NCBI GenBank assembly: GCA_964358205.1
Contig: CAYHNZ010000001.1
Coordinates: 3,168-67,167, forward strand
Reading direction: 5' to 3'
Source: an uncultured Candidatus Saccharibacteria bacterium
GTDB taxonomy: Bacteria > Patescibacteriota > UBA1384 > 2-12-FULL-50-11
DNA: 64,000 nt
Position numbers and translations under genes: made by a program. A model generated the notes under the pieces. The model ran no database searches and had not been told where the DNA came from. It saw nothing but the letters and a program-made list of their open reading frames with translations. Within the stretch, counting starts at the first letter, position 1, and the number at the start of each line of letters is the position of its first letter. Below are positions 57,843-64,000 of this stretch, piece after piece.

Positions 57843-59312
57843 ATGAAACTAAAGACCATTACGGGGGAAGCAAAGATTCAAACCCATGAGACCGAGGGGA
57901 TAATTCCCGGGTTTCAACATGCTTTGACTTTATTCAAGCAAGCGTCAATCAATGTCCCGGCATATAAGGCTTTTTTGAAAAGTCACGGAGTGGATCCTAA
58001 AAAAATCAACACTCCAACTGACTTTTCCCGACTCCCCATAATTACCAAGGAGAATTACCTAAAGAAGTATCCGCTACAGGAATTGATGTGGCAGAGAGGA
58101 GTTAGCGACGCTCGGATGATATCGGCTAGTTCAGGGTCGAGCGGACAACCGTTTTTTTGGCCAAGAGGCAATCAAAGCGTTGAAGACTCGGTCGTGATAC
58201 TGGACGAGCTGTTAGACAAGACCTTTCAGACCAAAACCAAAGAGACACTGTGTATCAACGCCTTTGCCATGGGGACATGGATTGCCGGTACTTATATGAA
58301 TTCGGCAATGTGGCGATTGGCTGATTTAGGGCATCGGATAGTCACCATTACGCCCGGAATTACCAAAGAGGAAATTGCTCGCGAACTTGAAGTGTTGGGA
58401 CCAACTTTTCAGCAGGTTCTAATTATGGGTTATCCACCTTTCGTCAAAGATGTCGTCGATTATGCGAAAACCCGTAATATTAAACTCGCTCGACTCGATA
58501 TAAAGTGCTTATTGGCCGGTGAGAACTTTTCCGAGCAATGGCGAGACTACATTCTAGCGAGGATTGGCAAGAAGAACCAACCAGAATCAACTCTGGGGAT
58601 GTATGGAACTGCGGATGCGGGAATAGTTGGTACAGAAACACCCTTATCGATATTTATCAGAAGACTCTCTGCCGATGACCGCCGACTGTACGAAGCTCTT
58701 TTCGGTAACGACTCTATTTTGCCAACTCTGGTTCAATACAATCCCGATCTTCGTTATGCAGAAGAGATCGACGGTAAAATCATCTTCACAACCGACAACT
58801 CCTTGCCCCTGATAAGATATGAGATATTAGACGAAGGCAGAGTCTTGACACCGAGTATGGTTAATAACGTACTTGGCCGGTTTGGAAAGAGAATCCCAGC
58901 TGAAATGAAACCATTTTCTGACAACCCATACATTGCCCTCTATGGAAGACAGGATGTGGCGGCGACATTCTACGCCCTAAATATTTATCCAGAGAATGTT
59001 AAATATGGGCTAGAGATTCCAGCTCTTCAAGCAATTGTGACGGGGAAATTCGTCATTAAGGCCGAATTCGACGACACAACACAAACGCAGGCGTTAGACT
59101 TAAGTGTCGAGCTCCAGCCGGGAGTAAAACCAGACCAAAAGATCGAGAGGAAAATATTTAAAGCGGTTGTCGACAGTTTAGTGCAGAACAACAGCGAATA
59201 CAGCAAGTTATACCAGGAGATTGGCAAGAAGGCGGAGCCGATCGTGCATCTGATGGAGCAAGGGAATCCGGATTTCAAGCCAGGAATTAAGCACCGTTGG
59301 TTTAAGAAATGA
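57843..59312 (+). CDS. Adenylate-forming enzyme of the PaaK / coenzyme F390 synthetase-like family
   Basis: 'SASSGSSGQPFFWPR' (cf. PaaK SSGTTGKP); ~490 aa; start set at 57843 because 57798 would sit 8 nt from divergent gene start. Confidence 0.55.
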   Translation: MKLKTITGEAKIQTHETEGIIPGFQHALTLFKQASINVPAYKAFLKSHGVDPKKINTPTDFSRLPIITKENYLKKYPLQELMWQRGVSDARMISASSGSSGQPFFWPRGNQSVEDSVVILDELLDKTFQTKTKETLCINAFAMGTWIAGTYMNSAMWRLADLGHRIVTITPGITKEEIARELEVLGPTFQQVLIMGYPPFVKDVVDYAKTRNIKLARLDIKCLLAGENFSEQWRDYILARIGKKNQPESTLGMYGTADAGIVGTETPLSIFIRRLSADDRRLYEALFGNDSILPTLVQYNPDLRYAEEIDGKIIFTTDNSLPLIRYEILDEGRVLTPSMVNNVLGRFGKRIPAEMKPFSDNPYIALYGRQDVAATFYALNIYPENVKYGLEIPALQAIVTGKFVIKAEFDDTTQTQALDLSVELQPGVKPDQKIERKIFKAVVDSLVQNNSEYSKLYQEIGKKAEPIVHLMEQGNPDFKPGIKHRWFKK

Positions 59313-59338
59313 ACGAGGAATACGAGCCGATATTCTTC
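59268..59338 (+). repeat. Direct repeat DR1 (~71 nt) spanning the 3' end of the adenylate-forming gene and a 10-codon relic 'MNEEYEPIFF*' of the E1-like gene start
   Basis: ~88% identical to 60593-60663. Confidence 0.8.
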
Positions 59339-59350
59339 TAAATAAAACGA

Positions 59351-59920
59351 ATGAATAAGCCTCAATTACAAATAATTAATTCCAAAGTTTACAATAATAC
59401 TATCCGCCTCTGGCTGGGTCGAGACGATTATTTAAGTCACGACGAGCTCGATGAGTATTGCGTCGCGCTCAAGACAGAGTGGAACAAGGGCGGCGATACA
59501 TTTATAGAGTTAATGATAAAGTGCTTGGGATGGCCGTGGGCTGAAGATGTAGTTAAATGTTATGTCACCGGCACTCGAGCCAGCTTTTCTAGTCCGTTGA
59601 CCGTCGGGTACAAGAAAAATATTAATTTAGCGCTGAATGTATTAACTCACGAGCTTATCCATTGCTATATCAGTCAGCACATTCCCGAGCTTCGGAAGAA
59701 AATTGACGATTTCTACGCTGAATATTCGAACGAAAATCGATTGACCCAAAATCATATTATGGTTCATGCTATTCACGAATATATTTACCGTAACACAAGC
59801 AGAGTTGAAGAATTGGAAGCAGATATTAAGAGTTGCCAGTCAGCACCAGACTACGCCAAATCTTGGGAGATTGTTGGTCGAGTCGGCTATCAAGAGGTTG
59901 TAAAGAAAATAGCCCGCTGA
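59351..59920 (+). CDS. Hypothetical protein with HExxH motif ('LTHELIHCY'), possible metallopeptidase-like
   Basis: ORF; motif only. Confidence 0.3.
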   Translation: MNKPQLQIINSKVYNNTIRLWLGRDDYLSHDELDEYCVALKTEWNKGGDTFIELMIKCLGWPWAEDVVKCYVTGTRASFSSPLTVGYKKNINLALNVLTHELIHCYISQHIPELRKKIDDFYAEYSNENRLTQNHIMVHAIHEYIYRNTSRVEELEADIKSCQSAPDYAKSWEIVGRVGYQEVVKKIAR

Positions 59921-59964
59921 GATTTTGGTCTCAAGGGGCTAAGGGTGTTCGGAGCGGGTTGTTG

Positions 59965-60441
59965 CTACGCTCCCGTGCAACGACTGGTGCAACCGCCTTC
60001 GCCGCTACCACCGTCACCGCCGCATTCGCTGGGAGTGCTACAGTCACCGGCCTTGCCTTGTGGCCAGTAGATTGGATTCAGTTTGCCGAAGCGTAGGCGG
60101 AGTGCGGTCAGAGTCCGTTTGTAAGCGGACTTAGCTGGTTCATCGCTCGGAGAGTGGTGGATGAACTGGCTGAAGTGTTGCGTACAGAACTTGGCGTATT
60201 CCTGCGTGTGGAGGACGAAGCTGTGCCACATCTCGTCAATGATGAGAGATGGCGCATGTGTCTTGTCGGGCTTTTCAGCACAAACGATGAGGAATTTCTT
60301 GCACTCCTCGAACTGCTGGCGTGCTTCTGGTTCGGAAACTTCATATTTCCGACAAAAGTTCATGATGAGTAGGGGAGGAGGTTGATAAGCCATCACCTCC
60401 TCTGCGTTGACGATGTTAACGGTGCTTAATACAGTAGCCAT
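59965..60441 (-). CDS. Hypothetical protein with structured N-terminal domain and Cys/Gly-rich C-terminal tail (CSTPSECGGDGGSGEGGCTSRCTGA)
   Basis: ORF; tail composition. Confidence 0.35.
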   Translation of the reverse strand: MATVLSTVNIVNAEEVMAYQPPPLLIMNFCRKYEVSEPEARQQFEECKKFLIVCAEKPDKTHAPSLIIDEMWHSFVLHTQEYAKFCTQHFSQFIHHSPSDEPAKSAYKRTLTALRLRFGKLNPIYWPQGKAGDCSTPSECGGDGGSGEGGCTSRCTGA

Positions 60442-60592
60442 TTAGGTATCCTCGTATTTTTTCTCAAAGAAGGATCCTTGAGAAGCTCAAGATACAACTT
60501 TATTAATTCATAATCAATAGTTTAACCCCAAGTCAGCCATTTTATGCTAGTCTAAAGGCAAGATGTCGTCATTTCTAAAGGAAATTCTCTTC

Positions 60593-60663
60593 CCGGATTT
60601 TAAGCCAGGAGTTAAGCATCGTTGGTTTAAGCGATGAACGAGGAATATGAGCCGAGATTTTTT
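60593..60663 (+). repeat. Direct repeat DR2: relic 3' end of an adenylate-forming gene ('...FPDFKPGVKHRWFKR*') fused to the true start of the E1-like gene
   Basis: Aligns to 59268-59338 with ~8 mismatches. Confidence 0.8.
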
Positions 60664-61797
60664 CAGTCTCGTGAACATTCTGATGTCAAGGAGCTTATTA
60701 AGGAAGGAAAAATTCGTGAGGTTATTGATAATCTTTCAGAAGAGCTGGAGAATCTATTTCGCATAAACTTTCCCTTCATAACCCCCGCTACCCCAGAGTA
60801 CATCACTACTTTTCAGAAGTTTCTCGGTAGATATCTGAACGGGAAGAAAGAAGCTGAGGTTGGGGTTTGGGCTTACTATCCTTGGAAGCAAACTTTGGTT
60901 CACTTACCCGAAAGTGCAGACTTCTTTAAACTAAGAACTTCCAGAAACAAATTTTTAATAAATAATGAAGAACAGCAGAAGTTCTATAGCTCAAAGATAG
61001 GTATAGCTGGTCTCAGTGTTGGACTCGCAGCCGTAAACTCACTCGTGTTATCAGGCGGTGGTGGGCAAATGAGAATCGCGGATTTTGATAATCTATCCAT
61101 TACAAATTTGAATAGATTGCACTCATCGGTATGTGATTTGAACAGAAGTAAAGCAGCTATTGCCGCAAGAAAGGTTTACGAAATAAATCCTTTTCAAGTT
61201 CTCGAAGTCTTCCGGGATGGAATAACAACAAAGAACATAAGCAAGTTTTTTGGGAGGGGGAGTGATAAACTCGACATTTTTATTGAGGAGATAGATGATA
61301 TTAAGCTGAAAATAGACACGCGAATCTGGGCTAGAAAACTAAAGATACCTGTCGTTATGGCTACAGACAACGGAGATAATGCAATCATTGATGTGGAAAG
61401 ATTTGATTTGGAGCCTAATCGGAAGTTGTTTCACGGTAGAATTGAGGAATCAAAGCTCCTAAGCGTTGGGGAGAACCTTGGAATGACGGAGAGAATAAGG
61501 CTAGCTAGCGCAATCGTTGGAGCAGATATTACTCCGAGGACACGCATGTCGCTCACTATGGTGGGAACAAAAATACCAGCATGGCCCCAGTTAGGCAATG
61601 CAGCAACCCTCTCTGGTGTGGCGGTGAGCTACGTTTCAAGAAGAATACTTACGGGGTTAAGTATGCCCTCTGGTAGGTATGAAGTATCGCTTGACGAGAA
61701 ACTTGATCCCACCTACTTCAGAGGTTCATCTGTACAAGAGAGGGAAATAGACAGAAAAGAGTTCATTTTTACGCTTGGTAAAATATTCGGGAGTTAA
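60634..61797 (+). CDS. E1-like ThiF/MoeB-family adenylyltransferase with ~110-aa N-terminal extension
   Basis: 'KIGIAGLSVGLAAVNSLVLSGGGGQMRIADFDNLSITNLNRL' (GxGxxG + DxDx5NLNRQ-like). Confidence 0.7.
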   Translation: MNEEYEPRFFQSREHSDVKELIKEGKIREVIDNLSEELENLFRINFPFITPATPEYITTFQKFLGRYLNGKKEAEVGVWAYYPWKQTLVHLPESADFFKLRTSRNKFLINNEEQQKFYSSKIGIAGLSVGLAAVNSLVLSGGGGQMRIADFDNLSITNLNRLHSSVCDLNRSKAAIAARKVYEINPFQVLEVFRDGITTKNISKFFGRGSDKLDIFIEEIDDIKLKIDTRIWARKLKIPVVMATDNGDNAIIDVERFDLEPNRKLFHGRIEESKLLSVGENLGMTERIRLASAIVGADITPRTRMSLTMVGTKIPAWPQLGNAATLSGVAVSYVSRRILTGLSMPSGRYEVSLDEKLDPTYFRGSSVQEREIDRKEFIFTLGKIFGS

Positions 61798-61803
61798 TAA
61801 AAG

Positions 61804-62820
61804 ATGTCAATTATAAATCCCTGGTTGATCGAAGAGAAGGATTTCGCAGCGGCTAAAGATCTTAGGAGCCAGATAAACTTCTGGTTGAAATACGCCGTAT
61901 TAGCGGCATCTGCGCACAATACCCAACCTTGGGGCTGTATCTTTAGAGACAACTCCCTAATTGTATATAGGGACGAAGATCGAACTCTTGGAAGCGATCA
62001 AACTACTAGATTGGCTCATATAGGTATAGGAGCGTTTATCGAAAATCTATCCATCGCATCAAAAAGCTGGGGGTATGAACCCAAAATACACATTACTGCT
62101 TTCTATCCTAATGAGTTAGAGATAGCTCATATTTCATTCGAGAAGGCCGTAGAAACTACAGGGAGAGATGATCTCGAGTTGTTCAAAGCAATAACCTCTA
62201 GACACACCAACAGGGGTCTCTATGTGCCAGGAAAGCTAGATGAATCCCTACTAAATAAAATTGCAACTGACAAAGAAGGTACCGCCAAATCTTTTGTAAT
62301 TACTGAGGAAAGTGGGAGAAAACGGATCGGAGAGCTGGTAGCAAAAGGCACCGACATAGCGCTATCGCTGCCCTTTATGAAAAGAGAGTTGGCAAGTTTT
62401 ATTTATTCCTCAAGCAAGCCTAGGGAAATAGGAATGCCAATAGAGTCAATGATTCCGGGTCAACTCAAGAACTTTATAAGACCAGAAACTGCAATAAAAT
62501 ATATGAATCCCGAATCGCTTGCTAGGGAAAATTTGAAAAAATATTCCCAAGCCCCCGCATTAGTAATAGTGGGAACTTATGAGGATGACCCTACGGCATG
62601 GATTGATGCGGGCAGACTCATGCAACGAACCTTACTTAGAGCAGCTGCAAAGGGCTACAGCCATGATATAGCAGCGGGACCTATTGAGATACCTACACTC
62701 CTTCCCATTCTCAGACAAGAGATACAACCCGATACAAGGCCTCAATTACTATTCAGAATCGGTCGAGCCGAAAAGTCTTCGTTATCAGTTAGCTCTGGTA
62801 GGAAAGCCGTAATAGTTTAA
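61804..62820 (+). CDS. Nitroreductase-family protein with tandem/extended nitroreductase fold (SagB-type dehydrogenase-like)
   Basis: 'AASAHNTQPW' nitroreductase signature; second half 'TSRHTNRGLYV'; 338 aa. Confidence 0.55.
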   Translation: MSIINPWLIEEKDFAAAKDLRSQINFWLKYAVLAASAHNTQPWGCIFRDNSLIVYRDEDRTLGSDQTTRLAHIGIGAFIENLSIASKSWGYEPKIHITAFYPNELEIAHISFEKAVETTGRDDLELFKAITSRHTNRGLYVPGKLDESLLNKIATDKEGTAKSFVITEESGRKRIGELVAKGTDIALSLPFMKRELASFIYSSSKPREIGMPIESMIPGQLKNFIRPETAIKYMNPESLARENLKKYSQAPALVIVGTYEDDPTAWIDAGRLMQRTLLRAAAKGYSHDIAAGPIEIPTLLPILRQEIQPDTRPQLLFRIGRAEKSSLSVSSGRKAVIV

Positions 62821-62871
62821 CTTATTGCCAGTTCTTAGATCTGTCGGGTTCGTATGTGGTAGGCTAATCTT

Positions 62872-64000
62872 ATGGAGCTTGTTGTCTTAACTCTCTCAAC
62901 CTTGGCTAACTTGGTAGTAGGGACATTTATCTTAGTGAAGGATAGAGGGAGCCATACGAATCGTTTTTTCTGGGCATTTACGGTTTTTTCCGCTATCTGG
63001 GGAGTGTCTAACTACTTTTCTCTGCACCAAACAAATCCTGAGGCAAGTCTTGGATCAATCAGGATCGTGATGTTCTTCGCTGTTTACTATTCGCTTACTC
63101 TATTTTTAACAATACACACCTTCCCCTCAAGAACTATTTTATTGAAACGGTGGTTGTTTATTATCATAACTCTCGGGAGTGTATTTGTATCAATCTTAAC
63201 TCAAACATCATTGATATTTTCCGGTATAGAAGGCTCTGGATCGAACGCAGCGCCCATTGCCGGTCCGGGGATATTCCTATTTGCTCTAACAACTGGTTCA
63301 TTAATACTATCGTCAATAATTCTGTTGGTTACGCGATATATCAAATCTCGCGACACTCTAAGGGCTCAACTCAAGATGCTATTAATCGGAGTGACTGGAA
63401 GTGCGCTACTCATATTCTTGAGCAATTTTCTGCTCGTAGTTGTGTTTAAATTTAATCTCTTGTTAAATTTTGGGCCGTCGTTTACGTTGATTTTCATTAT
63501 TGCAACCGCTTACGCGATCACCCAACATGGTTTGTTTAATGTTAAGGTCGTTGTAGCAGAAATCGGTGCTGCGGCAATAGTGTTAGTGAACTTCACGCAA
63601 CTCTTTGGCTCAGAGGGAGTTGCAGATTTAGTATTCAGGTTGATTATTTTTGGGATGGTAACTATCTTCGGCTTTCTACTCGTCAGATCTGTCCAAAACG
63701 AGGTCTCCCGTCGTGAGGAAGTCGAGATTTTGGCCAAGGAGAAGACGGCGGCGTTGGGGGAGGTTGAGGAGCGCAACAAGAATCTAGCGACACTGCAGAG
63801 GATTTCCGACATCGTGTTGAACGAAAGTGAGATGCGACCGATGACCCAGAAGATTCTCGATGAGATTCCCAAACAACTGGAATCGTGCGCTGGGGCACTA
63901 CTGTCCGTCGTCAAGGATAGTCAGCTAGTGGCTTACGGCCTGTCGGAGCATCAGTTTGCTCATAAGATCCTGTCGTTGGTCGGTGGAGACTTGGAAAAAT
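62872..64000 (+). CDS. Partial (3'-truncated by window) polytopic membrane sensor protein: ~7 TM helices then coiled-coil and GAF-like start, probably the N-terminus of a sensor histidine kinase
   Basis: Frame from ATG 62872 is open to window end (manually translated); not in ORF track because no stop. Confidence 0.5.
   Translation, partial: MELVVLTLSTLANLVVGTFILVKDRGSHTNRFFWAFTVFSAIWGVSNYFSLHQTNPEASLGSIRIVMFFAVYYSLTLFLTIHTFPSRTILLKRWLFIIITLGSVFVSILTQTSLIFSGIEGSGSNAAPIAGPGIFLFALTTGSLILSSIILLVTRYIKSRDTLRAQLKMLLIGVTGSALLIFLSNFLLVVVFKFNLLLNFGPSFTLIFIIATAYAITQHGLFNVKVVVAEIGAAAIVLVNFTQLFGSEGVADLVFRLIIFGMVTIFGFLLVRSVQNEVSRREEVEILAKEKTAALGEVEERNKNLATLQRISDIVLNESEMRPMTQKILDEIPKQLESCAGALLSVVKDSQLVAYGLSEHQFAHKILSLVGGDLEK

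Noticed and set aside
63150-63914. ORFs 63150-63449 (+) and 63510-63914 (-)
   Set aside because: A different plus-strand frame (from ATG 62872) is open through the window end and encodes a coherent polytopic membrane sensor. These two ORFs are off-frame or antisense to it.

Overview
This 64-kb window looks bacterial. The housekeeping genes are dnaE, rpmA-rplS, a YraN-family gene, gltX, hisS, ileS, a sigma-70 factor, plsC, tRNA-Gln(CUG) and tRNA-Glu(CUC). They are interleaved with a large amount of cell-envelope and accessory content. I did not find rRNA, CRISPR arrays, integrases or transposases. The overall style (tight gene packing, a giant repeat protein, many secreted or anchored proteins, extended ribosomal protein) is reminiscent of uncultivated Patescibacteria/CPR-like lineages, but that is only an impression.

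Main envelope and accessory content:
- A 3,997-aa surface protein built from autotransporter-type (PATR-like) beta repeats, followed by two secreted or anchored proteins.
- A dockerin-bearing 1,188-aa beta-helix protein next to a membrane-anchored cohesin-like protein.
- A VKOR-like thiol oxidoreductase, type IV pilin-like protein and Cys-rich secreted protein operon.
- An SPFH, NAD-kinase-like and NrtR-like (Nudix plus wHTH) operon with a consensus promoter and operator-like palindromes.
- A Ca-type P-type ATPase translationally coupled to a stand-alone receiver domain.
- A PIN/Phd toxin-antitoxin pair and an orphan MNT nucleotidyltransferase.
- A right-hand accessory region (52-63 kb) with a papain/C39-like peptidase, an AstE/AspA-family deacylase, a P-loop kinase, a PaaK/F390-synthetase-like adenylate-forming enzyme, an E1-like (ThiF) enzyme, a tandem nitroreductase (SagB-like), a Rossmann dehydrogenase and a protein with a Cys/Gly-rich tail. 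Together these look like a candidate peptide or small-molecule modification cluster. It carries a clear scar of a 1.25-kb two-gene insertion flanked by about 70-bp imperfect direct repeats that span a gene junction.

The most unusual sequence-level observation is at the tRNA loci. Both contain a canonical complete tRNA flanked by short inverted repeats and nested inside a second, interrupted copy of the same tRNA type. The interruptions sit right after the first D-loop nucleotide in both loci, and additionally between anticodon-loop positions 37 and 38 in the Glu locus. The inserted segments belong to a small GC-hairpin repeat family (CCGCC-N3-4-GGCGG plus GAGAAGCGAG/GCGACAAT). That family also occurs in the 5' leaders of three minus-strand accessory genes and in one other intergenic region.

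Other oddities:
- A GGGACT/AGTCCC hexamer microsatellite creates C-terminal tails on both DnaE and L19, and the L19 tail overlaps yraN.
- A canonical G-quadruplex motif and a long inverted repeat lie immediately upstream of gltX.
- One lipoprotein-like paralog is frameshifted.
- ileS is eukaryote-like type 2, and its HIGH motif appears degenerate (HYAT).
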